DNA from: Vicugna vicugna
Taxonomy: Eukaryota
DNA length: 64,000 bases
Direction of reading: 5' to 3'
Assembly (NCBI GenBank): GCA_013265495.1
Contig: MU059161.1
Location: 7,525,598 to 7,589,597 of the forward strand
The notes under the pieces were generated by a model. The model did no database searches. It was given only the letters and a program-made list of their open reading frames with translations, and was not told the DNA's origin. The position numbers and the translations under genes were made by a program. This document shows, one piece after another, positions 1-12,710 of this stretch; within the stretch, counting starts at the first letter, position 1, and each line of letters opens with the position of its first letter.

Positions 1-260
1 CAGGGGAGGGTTCCCAAGCCCAGTGATGGGCAAGTGCTCAGGGGTGAGGTGGAGGCATGGAGGCTCATCTGAAGAACAGGAGACGATCACTGAGTCTGGG
101 TAAGCATGAGTGAGACAGGAGAGAGGCTGAGGGTGTGAATGGGGCCTCAGCCTGTGAGCCCAGAGAGACGGGGGTGCTGGAGAGCTGTGAGCAGGGGAGA
201 GAGGTAAGCACCAGGGCGGCTGCACCGAGGACAGATTCACAGGAGGACATGGGAGTGGGG
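1..260 (-). mobile_element. L2 LINE fragment
   Basis: Purine-rich degenerate similarity to antisense L2 (gaagaacaggag...gagagctgtgagcagggg). Confidence 0.5.
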
Positions 261-499
261 TTGGGAGGCGGACTATTGCAAGAATCCAATAAATGCACCT
301 AAAAAATGAACAGGTGAATGATGGCAGGCCCTTCCAGCAGCAGAAGCCACGCGTGGACATAAGATCTGACCTTCAAGAATAGTCCTAACACTCCTCCTTT
401 GGATAAAATGTGACAGATGACCGTGGGCTGGCTGAGCTGTCTAAGAGATAGTATTGAATTTTAAAATTAGGTGGCCAGCGTAATCCGTTTTGTGCGGAT

Positions 500-660
500 G
501 ATAGACAGGTGATAGAGAGAGAGATAATGGGAAGATAGAGGACAGATAGATAATTGATGATAGGTAGGTGGATAGATAATAGGTAGATAGTAAGTAAGTA
601 GATAGACAGATAGAAAGGAAGGGAGAAAGGGATGGAGAGAAGAGGAAGGAAGGGAGAAAA
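500..660 (+). repeat. Degenerate (GATA/GGTA)n tetranucleotide repeat followed by GA-rich tract
   Basis: gatagataataggtagatagtaagtaagtagatagacagatag then gaaggaagggagaaagg. Confidence 0.85.
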
Positions 661-2489
661 CTGCATAGACATGTTGCCCAGTGGGAACTGGCTCTCTAGC
701 TGCCCTGCTTCTGAGCTCAGGCCAGTCTCAGCATAGCCCGACCGTCTCCCCCAACCACATACCCAATCCTGAAGTTTTCCAAGTGTGTGGATTTTGTTCT
801 TCATTTTATTTTGAAACATGCAGGCAAAGCGCATGCACAACCTGGTCCACTAGACTGGCAGGCATGGAGATTTCCAGAACAGACTTCGCTGCTGGTTTCC
901 TATAGAGAGGGCCGGGGTGGGGGGTGGTGTTTCTGGGTGGCAGGGCTCCTGGAGGCTTCTGGAAACTGCATTTAAATACCCTGCTCCTTTCCCAAAGCTT
1001 CTCTCTCCACCTTGTCCCCAGCTTTCCACTCTCGGCTCCGCGCTCGCCACGCACCCTGGCTTCCTTTCCTTTCTCCTTGCTCTTCCTGGTATTTCCCACT
1101 TGGCAAGACCAAAGCTAAGGGGCCTGAGCATTTGGCAACACAAACAGCCGGCAGACAGTCAAGCTGGGACACTGCTGTCCTTTGGTGCCCCTGAGGTCTC
1201 ACTTGTACCCACAGGAAATTGTTTACTGTGGTTATTTCTGGAGAGAGACCCAGAGGCTTGGCTCGGCATCCCATGATCCACACTTTGGACCAATTAGTTT
1301 CTTCTCTGAATGTACATCAATTTTATGTTTAAAAAAATTTTTTTAATTTTTCTATATGCCATCCAAGGCTTTCCCTAACATTGCAGGGCCCAGAGAAAGA
1401 GAGCAAAAGGAGGCCCCTGATCATTGCTTGACTCCCCTCTTCCCTTCCTGTCCCAGATCCAGCCTCTGGGCCGTTGTGTGGGGACAGCCCAGCCCGCACT
1501 AGCTCTGCTCACTCTCCACACTCAAAAGCAGACCCTGGGTCATCCCTGTGCACCAGGTCTACCCTTGTCAGATAGGACACAGACACAGGATCTGGAAATA
1601 GACTTGGGGACATTCAGGTGGGGATTGCACAGATCAAGGTAGAGGGGAGGGTGTTAATACTACTTCCAGTCGATGGCAGAATTACCAGTATCTTCCTCTG
1701 AAATTCTGTTTTACTGAACATTTTACACCTAGCAGAACATTTACGATCTCTACGTGGCCCCCAGATTACTCGGCCACATTTGGAGGAACTGATTTGACTG
1801 CAGGATGGCACGTAGTGGAGGGCACAGTGCGGGGGGAGGGCTGGGGCACCAGGCAGACCTGTAATGCATTTGGCTTCTTGTTGCTTCTCAGCTGAGGGTC
1901 CCCTGAGCTCTCTGAGCTTCAATTTCCTTCTCTGTAAGCAGGGAATAGGAATAAGCACTTTTCAGTGTTATTGGAAGGATTGAGTGGCCAGGCAAATGAG
2001 TGGCACATTTTAAAAATATTATTATTACTATTTTTTAAATGTCAATCGATGCCAGGAATATTTTGATGATTCTCCTAGGGTGGTTTCAGTAAGCTTATTT
2101 CCTGGTTCTAATCACTTCCTCCATCACCCCTTACGTCATCCTCAGTCCTACCTCACTCGCCCTCCCCGCCCTGCCCCTCCCTGAACGCATCACCGCTCCC
2201 AGCCCCCACGCTCAGCCCGCCCCCAGCCCAGGGCTCAGCCTGGGGAGAAAAAGCACACTTTCTCTTTCACCTCAGGCTGTCCTTTTGACTTTTCCCTCTC
2301 CCAGACCCATTTCAGACCCTCTTACTCACCTCCACAGAAACAATGTGAAAGAGACTCAGATCAGCATTTTTACCCTTCCTAGGGTCACGTGCATGCACTG
2401 GATTAAGCTGAGGCTTGATGCTCAGCCAGAGAGCCAAAGTAAGTTGGGGGGCAGGCAGCGGGGTGCAGGGTGGGAGAAGAAAGCCGGCT

Positions 2490-2620
2490 CGGGAGCCTGA
2501 GACTTGGATTCAAATTCTGCATCTGTTCTTCCTAATTGTGGGGTCTCTGATGAGTCATTTCCCCTCTCTGAGCCTCAGTGTTCTCACGTGTAAAATGAAA
2601 GAATGAGTCCTACCCTGCAC
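2490..2620 (+). mobile_element. MIR SINE
   Basis: ggattcaaattctgc...ctctctgagcctcagtgttctcacgtgtaaaatg, MIR core. Confidence 0.75.
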
Positions 2621-2659
2621 TTTGGTAGCACAGATCACTGACGTCTGTAAGAGGCGTTT

Positions 2660-2880
2660 GGTCAGTGATAAGGAGTAGGTAGAGGTCAGATCATGCGGGG
2701 CCTTGACAAGTAGACTAATGAGCTTGGGCTTCGTCCTGAGGGCAGTGGGGAGCCATGGAAGACTCCAAGCAGAGGGTGGCACTACCAGGTGGTGGAGATG
2801 AGATGGGAGAAGTCTTACTCAGGTGACACTACGGGGAGAGGCAGGGAGACTGGGGAGCAGCCATGAGACCTGAACTCAGG
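2660..2880 (-). mobile_element. L2 fragment
   Basis: ggtcagatcatgcggggccttg...gagggcagtggggagccatggaag, typical antisense L2. Confidence 0.7.
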
Positions 2881-3204
2881 CAGTGGCTGGAGAACAGGGA
2901 GGAGGAACAGATTCAAGACCTAGCCTGGAGCTGGCATCCTCCCGGGTGGAGATGTCCTCATCCTCCACTTTGTTGTCAATGAGAGGGTCTGAGAGCACTC
3001 TGTCCAGCACTGACCATGGGGATGTAACCTTGGACAGGAGAGCAGGGAGGCAGGAGGAGGAAGAGTGTGAGGAGGAGATGAGGTGAAACAGAAAACACCT
3101 GATTTTTCTTTCCCAATTTTTCAAACACTGGTTTCCACTGGAACAGGCAATACCTAGCAAAAAGGAAGAAAAATAAGTTTTTGTTGAGAAACAAACAGCT
3201 ATTT

Positions 3205-3410
3205 TTCACTGAGCTCTTTCTATGCGCCAGGCTCCATGCTAGGCATTTTACTCTTTAATCTCATTTAATCATCACAATTAACCCATGATCGTCATCATGA
3301 TCTATGATCTCTCTCTTACACGAGAAACACAGGCACAGAGAGGTGAAGAATGTGGTCTAACGTGAGGGAGGGCAAGGGTTGGGATTCAAGGTTGTCAGAC
3401 TCCAAACCCC
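3205..3410 (-). mobile_element. MIR SINE
   Basis: tgcgccaggctccatgctaggcatttta...tctcatttaatcatcacaa...gaaacacaggcacagagaggtgaag. Confidence 0.75.
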
Positions 3411-3607
3411 AAGCTCACCCCTCCCTACAAACAGTACCCCTTAGAAGAGGGTTGTGTAACATGATATAAGCAGAAAAAGCACATTATATGCAGTGTGACT
3501 ACAAGTATTTTTTGGAAGTACGTGGACACAAGATGCTGTTTACAAAAGCAACCACAAATGTAAGGGACCAAAGATAAGTTGTCAGAGCCTTTTAAAGAAA
3601 AGTTATA

Positions 3608-3760
3608 GCACTGGGAACTATGCTCAGTATCTTGTAATAACCTTTAATGAAAAAGAATATGGAAATGAATATATGTATGTATATGCATGACTGGGACATT
3701 GTGCTGTACGCCAGAAATTAACACATTGTAACTGATGGTACTTCATCTGAAAAAAAAAAA
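3608..3760 (+). mobile_element. Young 5'-truncated L1 3' end (cetartiodactyl/camelid type) with poly(A) and TSD
   Basis: gggaactatgctcagtatcttgtaataacc...cattgtaactg + A-tail 3750-3761; AAAGTTATA repeated at 3599-3607 and 3769-3777. Confidence 0.85.
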
Positions 3761-4334
3761 AGAAGAAGAAAGTTATACAATTTTATTAAATGACGTTAAA
3801 GAAAACCTAAATACACGGAGACACATGCCATGCTCGTGGATAAGCAGGCAATTTATCCTCCAAGTGTCCTAACGCTATTCCTATCAAAAGCCCAAATCAG
3901 TTTTTCATATAACTTGACAAGCTGAATCTTCAGTTCGTACGGAAGAACAAAGGGCCCAGAAGGGCTAAAACACTCCCAAAGCAGAATCCTAGGCAGGGAC
4001 TTAACCTACGAGGTACCGAGATTTATGATGAAGCAACCACAATTTCAATAGTATGAAACTGGTACAGGAATTGACCAATAGACTCATGGAACAGAATAAA
4101 GGGTCCCAGAAAGGGATCCACATATATTAGAAAACCTGATCTCGGATGGAAGATGCCTTGAAGATGAAGAGGGAAGAACCATGATTCCACAAATAAAGCT
4201 GGGAAAGTTGACTCTCCAAATGGGGAAAACAAAACCCCTTATCGTACAAAAAATCACTTCCAGGTCTGTCAATCCCTTAAACTTCAAAACCTTAGAATTC
4301 TTAAAAGAATTTTTAAAACCTTAAAATTCTTAAA

Positions 4335-4808
4335 AGAATTATTCGGCCATAAAAACGATAAGGAAGTCCTGCCATTTGTGACATGGGTGGATCTTGAGGG
4401 CATTGTGCCAAGTGAAATAAGCCAGACAGAGAAAAACAAACAGCATATGATCTAACTTTCATGTGGAATCTGTTGACAGAGGTTGGGGGTAAGGGAAATG
4501 GGGAGGCGTTTGTCAAAGGTTGCGGGCTTTCAGTTACAGATGAATATGTTCTGAGGATCTAATGTACGACACGATGACTAGACTTACAGTATTGTTATTT
4601 TATACTTGAAATTTGCTAAGAGAGATCTTAAAAGTTCTCATCACACAAACACACAAATGGTAACTACGTGAGGTGACAGATGTGTTACTAACCTTATTGC
4701 GGCAATCATTTCACAATACGTACGTATGTTGTCATCACGTTGTACACCTCTGACACTTACACAACGTTATCTGTCAATTATATCTCAATAAAGCTGGGGA
4801 AAAAAATT
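4335..4808 (+). mobile_element. L1MA/L1MB-class 3' end nested in the older L1
   Basis: ggaagtcctgccatttgtgacatgggtggatcttgagggcatt...ctgtcaattatatctcaataaagctggggaaaaaaa. Confidence 0.8.
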
Positions 4809-5321
4809 AGAAGAAAATGTGGAATATCTTTACGATCTCAGCTAGAGACAGATTGCTTAAGCAAAATTCAGAAAGCAACAACCACAAAGAAAAAGATTTG
4901 AAAGAAAACATGTAACTAAATTAAATTAAATAATTTCTGTTCATGAAAAGATATCAAAAGAAATGAGATGACAAATCATAGGTTTGGAGAAGACATTGGT
5001 CATGTACTTTCAATAAATGACTAGTACCCAGGATAGATAAAGTCCTACAGATTCACAAAACTAAGGCAAACAATTTAAGAGAAAAGTAGGCAAAAGGCTA
5101 AAACAGATTTTTTTTTATGTAAGAGGAAATAACTATAACCAAGAAACCTATGACAAGATGCTTAATACTGTTATTACTCATGAAAATGCAAAATAAAACC
5201 ACATTTAAATATCATTTTACACCCACAGAACTCATGAAAATTGTAAGTTTGACAATAGCAAGTGCTAGGATGTAGAGCAACTAGAAAGATCACTTGTGTG
5301 TTTGTGAGTGTGTGTGTGTGT

Positions 5322-5427
5322 AATTAGGTTTATCTATTCATTTATTTAATGGAGGTACTGGGGATTGAACCCAGGACCTCGTACATGCTAAGCCTGCGTT
5401 CTACCACTGAGCTATACCCTTCCCCCC
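5322..5427 (-). mobile_element. Vic-1-type tRNA-Ala-derived SINE (camelid)
   Basis: Reverse complement GGGTATAGCTCAGTGGTAGAACGCAGGCTTAGCATGTACGAGGTCCTGGGTTCAATCCCCAGTACCTCCA + AT-rich tail AAACCTAATTAC; A box 5404-5414, B box 5362-5371; anticodon stem broken. Confidence 0.85.
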
Positions 5428-5794
5428 AGTGACTGTCTACTCTTGATGGCAATGTACATTGGTACTGCTGCATTGGACAATAACACACACACACATGTCT
5501 CATGATCCAGTAATTCAAACATTTATTTTATAACTAGAAAAATTCTTGCACATGTGCATCAGGGTATATGTACTAGAATGATCATGGCTGTTTTGTTTAT
5601 TAAAAATCCTGGAACCACATCATATGCACATTAGNNNNNNNNNNNNNNNNNNNNNNNNNNNNNNNNNNNNNNNNNNNNNNNNNNNNNNNNNNNNNNNNNN
5701 NNNNNNNNNNNNNNNNNNNNNNNNNNNNNNNNNNNNNNNNNNNNNNNNNNNNNNNNNNNNNNNNNNNNNNNNNNNNNNNNNNNNNNNNNNNNNN

Positions 5795-6465
5795 AGCAAC
5801 GGGAGAAACTGGAAACTGGAACCCCTGGAGCTGCTGGTAGGAATGCACAATGGTGCAGCCACTGTGGAAAACAATACGACATTTCCTCAAAANNNNNNNN
5901 NNNNNNNNNNNNNNNNNNNNNNNNNNNNNNNNNNNNNNNNNNNNNNNNNNNNNNNNNNNNNNNNNNNNNNNNNNNNNNNNNNNNNNNNNNNNNNNNNNNN
6001 NNNNNNNNNNNNNNNNNNNNNNNNNNNNNNNNNNNNNNNNNNNNNNNNNNNNNNNNNNNNNNNNNNNNNNNNNNNNNNNNNNNNNNNNNNNNNNNNNNNN
6101 NNNTAAAAAAGAAGGAAATTACAACACACGCTACAACATGGATGAGCCTTGAAGACATGCTAAGTGAAATAAGCCAGACACAAAAAGACACTGTATGATT
6201 CTACTTCTGTTAGGTACTTAAAGTAGTCAAATTACCAGAGACAGAAAGTAGAATGGTGGTTGTCAGGAGGTGTGATGAGGAGAGAACGGGGGGTTATTGT
6301 TTACTTGGTACAGGGTTTCAGCTTGGGAAGAGGAAAGAAGCTCTTCAGATGGATGGTGGTGATGGCTGCACAGCAAGGTGAGTGCACTTAATGCCACTGA
6401 ACGGTACGCTTAAAAATGGTTCAGATGGTAAATTTCATGTTTATATAGTTTTCTCACAATAAAAA
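5795..6465 (+). mobile_element. L1MB-class 3' end (contains N-run 5893-6103)
   Basis: ggtaggaatgcacaatggtgcagccactgtggaaaac...acatggatgagccttgaagacatgctaagtgaaataagccagacac...cacaataaaaa. Confidence 0.8.
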
Positions 6466-6699
6466 TATCTTTAATCATTTCATTTAATAAACTATTTTAA
6501 ATCTATAGATTTAAATAAAATCTACAGATGTACAGTGAAACTGTAATGAAAAGCAAAAGAATAACTCAAAATTCAGGACGGTGGCAGTCTCTGGGTGGGT
6601 TGGGAGGAAGAAGCACATGGTGGATTCTGAGATACTGGTGTTCTGTTTCTCAAGCTGGGTGATGGAACATGGGTATTCACTCCTAAATTCTTTTTTTAA

Positions 6700-6945
6700 C
6701 TTAATTTTTTACCGAAGTGTAGTTGATTTACAATGTTAGTCTCAGGTGTACAGCAAAGTGATTCAGTTATACATACACATGCACACACACATATATATAT
6801 ATTCTCAGGTTCTTTTCCATTAGGTGTTATTACAAGAAATTGAACGCAGTTCCCTGTGCTATGCAGTAGGTCCTTGTTGTTTATCTGTTTTGTATATAGG
6901 AGTGTATATCTGTTACTCTCAAACTCCTAATTTATCCCTCTCCTC
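6700..6945 (-). mobile_element. Cetartiodactyl L1 3' end inserted in an L1ME-like relic
   Basis: gaagtgtagttgatttacaatgttagt...gttccctgtgctatgcagtaggtccttgttg...aaactcctaatttatccc. Confidence 0.85.
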
Positions 6946-7879
6946 TTTAATTATTTAAATTACCCAACTGTGTTATATACTTTGGGGTGTACATAAATTA
7001 ACTAATATTTTTAAAACCTACACATAGAAAAAAGACCGGAAGAACTCTAAATGTGATGGTGTCTGAGTATTGGGGCTCTCTTATTTTTTGTTTTTTCTAT
7101 ATTTTTAAAATATTCTTTCACCTTTTTACAGTGAAAGGAGCCCTAACTCACATTTAGAAAAAGAGAAATGAAGAGAGCTTTTCCCTCAGATTTGTTCAGG
7201 GAAGAAGGAAGTGAGAGGAAATGGGTGCGAGCTTTGGGCTTTCCCTAATTCTAGCAGTAACACAGGACATTGGATTTTTGAGGCAAAATGCTAGTGAAGA
7301 GCTTTAACTGTTACTTTGAGGAGGGGAACAGTTCCTCCCAAAAGCGAACTCCGCAGTCCCCCTTCTCAGGAAATCCCTGCCAGTTTCAAGAGTGGGCAGC
7401 AAGTTTTGATGCCCTTTTCAAACATGGGACGTCACCAAGGAAATGAAGCCGCTGGGCTCAAGCAGCCCTTGGTGGAGCTGATTTCAGATCCCCTGAAATC
7501 AGGGCACACATCCCCTTTCGAGAGCATTAAGGCCCAGATGAAAGAGAAGAATAAGAGAAATATCACAGAGCTAAGAGAAACACCTGAGTTAGGCGGTGGT
7601 TTGAGAAAACACGGTCCAACACACCCACATACACATAGATAGTATGACTGCCATTTGGGCAAGTTAAATTCAAGAGGTCTTGGGTTTCTCTTCCCAGGAC
7701 CATCATCTTGTGTACCTCCTCACTCTCACATCCCTGAAACCTCAACACAAGATAAAAGAAACTCAGTCGTTCATTCTCCTGAGGCATTCATGGACTCCAC
7801 CAACATGGAGGTGGGTTTGTTGGGGGCCTGGAGATGCAGGGGAATGAGACAGCAACCCTCACCTCAAGGAGCTCACCCT

Positions 7880-8365
7880 TGTCGACAGGAAAAATTAATT
7901 AACAGTCAACCTAAGAATGAAACTGAAAATTTTATTTGAGCCGGCCTGAGGGTTATAAGCCAGGAGACAGTCTCTCAGAAATCCCTGAGGACCGTTCCAT
8001 CCGTTAGAGGTCAAAGCACAGCAGTACAAGTTTTTGAGACAAAGGTTCTACATCGATGCCGTATTATTGACAGTCTACACGATCGACTTCTACAAGGAGT
8101 AGTGCATCGTGGATCATCTTGGCTCCTTGCTGAGATTACGAAGCAATGTTATCTATCTCCTAAGGAGATGTGGTTAATGCGGATGGACGCACAGCACACA
8201 CTACAGGGGAGGGAGGAGGCCCAAATTGGCAAAGAAAAATTTTATACTTAAATTTTTCCCACCTTGCCATCAAATATGAATTTCGTTTCATCACCCTCAA
8301 GGGTGGGAGGCAGATAGAACGGCAATTAGAATGGGATGGGAGATGCTTTGTAAATGGTAAGTACA
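7880..8365 (-). mobile_element. Probable solo ERV LTR (BTLTR1-like, lineage-specific) inserted in an L2
   Basis: TG...CA termini (tgtcgacaggaaaa at 7880); AATAAA on the minus strand near 7930; ccaggagacagtctctcag motif resembles cetartiodactyl LTRs; L2 sequence on both sides; no clean TSD. Confidence 0.5.
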
Positions 8366-8587
8366 AGACGTTGTGGGCACAGAGGAGACACCTCTAACTT
8401 GGCCTGTGGACAGCAGGGAGGGCACCCAAGAGGAGCTGGTCCCTGCACCGAGGTGCAAAGGATGAGAGGTGGTAAACCAGGCACAGGGGGGTTAGGATGG
8501 GGAATTGGTCTTGCACTGGCAAGGACGTGGAGGAGAAAAACACTGAGCGCAAAGGGAACCATAAGCAGTCTGTTTTTTCCTGGAGTT

Positions 8588-9300
8588 TGATATTGTGATT
8601 TATAACATGAAGCATATATTTGGTCTGTGCAGAGTTTCTAGAACTCTAGGAATTTCCTAAGTGATGAAAGTTATCTTTATGGACATTCATAACAAGCCCC
8701 TTTCCACCACACCTGGGTTTATGGTAAAGAGGTGACTTTTGGAAAGCCCCTAAGGATGGGGGCTGGTTGCCGGGGGAACCAACCACCCAATTGGAAGGTT
8801 GTAACTTAGCCCCCTCCCTTACCTCCGGGAAGTGGAAAAGGGCCAGAGATTAAGTTCAGTCACCAATGGCCAGTAACTTAAATCCATCAGGCCCACATAA
8901 CGAAGGCTCCATAAAAACCCCAAAAGACGGGGTCAGTGAACACGTGGAGTTGCTGGCAGAGTGACCCTTTGGAGAAGTCATGGAAGCTCCAAGCCCCTTT
9001 CCATGTATTTTGCCCTTTGTTCTTCATCTGGCTGTTCATCTGTGTCCTTTATAATATCCTTTATAATAAACTGGTCAACTATAAGTAAATGTCATGCCAA
9101 GTTCTGAGAGCCACTCTAGCAAATTCACTGAACCCAAAGAGGGGGCTGTGGGAACCTCCCATTACCAGCCACTCAGAAGCACGGGTGACAACCTGGGCTT
9201 GAGACTAGGGGTAGTCTTGTAGGACTAAGCCCCCTTAACCCGTGGGACCTAATGCTATCTCCAGAGTAGACAGGTGTCAGACTTGAGCTCATTGTGTCAG
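8588..9300 (+). mobile_element. MER21-family LTR
   Basis: tgatattgtg...atatatttggtc...ggaatttcctaagtgat...taaggatgggggctggttgcc...accaatggcc...ctccataaaaaccc, matches MER21B/C consensus as recalled. Confidence 0.8.
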
Positions 9301-9759
9301 AAAACACGTGCTGGATGGAGCACTGATGACAAGGCAGGGCCTGGCTAGGGGAGGCTGGAGAAGTTACAAGGAGCCCTCTGTCTAAAGAAATCTATTTCCA
9401 CTCAGTCGAGGGACTTAGACCCGGTCCCTTGGGTACTGGAGAGCCATGGAGGTATTTTAACAGGGAAGGGAGGTGGCCGGTTTCTCTCTTGCATTTTGAT
9501 CAACCTGCCATTTAAGTGGCCCATTTGATGATATCACAAACCAGGAAATTTAAGGTATAAACCTCAAGCAGATTAAGTAAAAGGCAGGTACAGCCCAAAC
9601 GTAGACAAATCTACGTCTGGGTCCTGCCCCACTCCTCACCAGGGTGGTGAGTCACGTAGTTCTCTGAGGCACTGTCTGCTCATCTGCAGTGGCTCATCTC
9701 ATGTGAGCATCCAATGAAACACCGCCTGTGCCAGCCCTGGGCGTAGCTGTGTATCCGCC

Positions 9760-10070
9760 TGAAAATAAATCTCCCGGATAGAGTGTTAATCCCCAAATTA
9801 AGTGGCAGAGTAATATGTATGATACTATTAATCTTAAAAGACAAACAAAAACAAAACACGGATGTTTGAAAAAGGCAGAGAAAAAAGTTGGAAAGATTCA
9901 CAGCAAATTGAAAATAGAAAAAGTTCCTTCTGGAGAAGTGGGAGGAACCCAAGACTGGAGCTAGAGACCAAAAGGGGGTTTAGCCTTATCTGTAAAGCTT
10001 TCATTTTTTTTACACAGAAAATGTGTTCCTGCACAACTTTTATATTTAAAAATTAATTTTAAAATAACCT
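9760..10070 (+). mobile_element. L1ME-class 3' end relic
   Basis: A-rich gaaaaaagttggaaagattcacagcaaattgaaaatag...gctttcattttttttacacagaaaatgtgttcc. Confidence 0.5.
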
Positions 10071-12710
10071 AACAAAAGCCCTTGATGGAGAGTCGATGTT
10101 GAGTCAGTGTTCTCTCCCTTCTGCTTGCTCACACAGTGAGATCTGGGGTCTTTCCAGTTCTGTTTCCTAATTCGCCCTAATGCCAACCCCAGTTGGAGGG
10201 CAGGAGGCCTGTCATAGTCGCTCAACAAATATTTGCAGATCTTCTCTGACAAGGTTAGTGGGTCTCTTGCAAGTGGGTTAAAGGTCTCCCTAGGTGGCTC
10301 TGTGACCTCACAGTCTCCCCTGGGGTCCACCTGAGGGACTGGACTCAGTCCTCAGCAGGGTACGAGGACACTGCCCTCCCTCTGGCCTTCTGGTAGACCC
10401 TCAACTCCTTGGGACACTCCACTCGCCCCTCTCCCTCCTGGCCTCGGAGCTCCTCACTGGTAAAGCAGAGAGATGCCTGCCTGCATGGCCTTCCCAGAGA
10501 AGGGCTGGGGTCACCCAGGCCACCAAAAGGCCCAGTCCAGTGAAGAAAACTCTCAGTGGTGGTCAGCTTTGCTGGGGGCTGGGGGGCACAAGAGACTTCA
10601 TTCTCTGCTGTAGACCCTTTGTCCTGTTTGAGTATCTTTTTTAATAGGTTGCCTCTTAAATAATTACTATTCTTTTAAATAATTAGTTCATGAAAACAAA
10701 CAAACAAAAATTCACAAAAGCTAATCCCACTTTAATAGCTCTGATTTAGGCCAGGCTAGGGTTTTTGATGACTATATGACTTGAGGAGGGGAGCAGGGCA
10801 GAAAGAACAAAGGTCTTTTGATGACTCTAAGCAGGAATGATGGTGGCTCTTCCAGAGAAGAGGGTACCCCTGATGTCTCCTCTACCCCAAATCCCTGAAC
10901 ACTAACTGGGGCTTGGTGAGAATTTCTTGAATTTAGCTCAAGCAGGAAGCCACGTCTCAGGTCTGCTAAAAAGGCACTTGTTCTGGAAAGAAGGGGAAAA
11001 TGAAAAAGAGGATGGTATGAATTCACAGAGCGAGGAGAGGGCTTGGGTGTTCCAACATTTCCCCTCATTTCATGAATATGGCCATGAGACCAGAGAGGGG
11101 ATGGGACTTGAGATCCAGCTAGAACCAGATCCAAAGTGGGCGGGGGCTCCCATAGGACCACAGGATAAACACTTCACCCTCCCAACTTCCCCGTGAAGTG
11201 GGCACTGTCTCCATTTTGTGGGGGAGGAGACAGAGGCCATGTTGGGGAATGAGACACCCCCAAGGTGACCCAGACAGGAATCAACTGAACTAGGCGTAGG
11301 ATCCTGACCTCTGACCCCAGGGATTTCTCTTCTACCTTTGACCTCACCTCTCATCACACAGCTCTTGGGGTTGCAGGGAGCCAGGTTTTCATCTGGCCTT
11401 GCTCCACTCAGAATATACGAATCTGGCCACAGACACCTGGAACATATAATTATTGCACTTATCTAGATTTATCACTATTTATGAGGTGCTAAACACTTAC
11501 ATGTGAAGGGAGTTTCTGTCCTGGGTGCCGGTGTACCATCAGCTTGCGAATGAATGACTGAATGACCTCGAATCCTGGAGATCCCCAATTTACAGATGAA
11601 GAGGTTGAGATGCAGGGAGCTGAAACGACTTACTTCAGTTACGCGGGAATCGCGCCCAGAGCCGCCCAGGTCTCCCTTCTCTGTTTCCTCCTCAGAGTCA
11701 CGGTTGGCTGGACACCCAGCCCATCAGAACCCACCCTAGAGAAGCACAGCCCAGTCACCAGAGAACAGACCCACCTGCCCCTGGGCACCTGTGCTGCCGA
11801 CACACGGTGACACCCACACACCACGACACACACTCATGTTTGGGCCGCGCCGAGCCCTCCCCAAGCTCCCCAGCTCCAGCTAAGGAGCAGGGACGGAGGG
11901 AGGGATTCCCCGTCTGAATCTGCGTGTGTTGGATGAGGCTGATTCCTCTCCAGGCTCCCAGGGTCAGCACTCAGCCTGTCCATTCTCCTGGAGCCCAGTG
12001 TTCAGGGCTGTGACCTAAGGGTCAGCCCTGGAGCCTTCACTAGAGGTAGCAGGAAACAGGTCATCTCACCACCGCACTTACCACAAAACTGCATCTGCAC
12101 AAGGAACTGGTGCCCTGACCAGCCTGATTCTTCATAATGCACCACACAGTTGCTTACCTCCTCCCTGCTTCTTAAAAACAGGGATGTGTCATGTTCATTT
12201 CTACATCCAGAAGACCCGTCATAAAGAATTGTTCAGTGGATAACTTACAATGAATGACTGGATGGATGGATGGATGAGTGAGTGAGTCGTCTGGTTGGCC
12301 AGGAGACTTAGTCGAGCCAGAAAGGAGAGTTGTCTGTTCAGAGACCTACCTGCTACGTATGAGGCCTAAGTTACCCTCAAGATCTCTCTGAGCTGACAAA
12401 GGATTATTGTTTCTTAATCTCTTCATCCAGACTGCAGCTGAACCAGCCACACCCCTGGAATATAAGCCAGTCTCCTATTACAGAAAAACAAATCTGACCC
12501 AGTCATTTCCCTGCTTAAAACAACTTTCAGTGACGTGTTTGGCAGGAGTGGGTGGAGGCCAGTCAGCATTTGGATTCAGGGAGAATATTCTACATTACAG
12601 AACATTCATGTGTTTATCAATTGATTCATTCAGCAAGCATTTAATTAGCACCTACTATATGCCAGGCCCTGTACATGTTACTTCATCTTCACAGCAAGCT
12701 TTTAGGGCCA

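Larger units (their letters stand above)
3770..5630 (+). mobile_element. Old L1M ORF2 3' remnant (interrupted by younger inserts)
   Basis: aaagaaaacctaaatacacggagacacatgccatgctcgtggata...ctattcctatcaaaa, ...aataaaaccaca..., similar to L1 ORF2 C-terminal region; many stops. Confidence 0.75.

Noticed and set aside
5600-6191. ORFs spanning N-runs (also 23828-24116 and 43844-44158)
   Set aside because: Openness is an artefact of Ns; flanks are L1 remnants
7478-7502. Perfect 10-bp hairpin CTGATTTCAG-atccc-CTGAAATCAG
   Set aside because: About one such stem is expected by chance in this window; too short for a pre-miRNA
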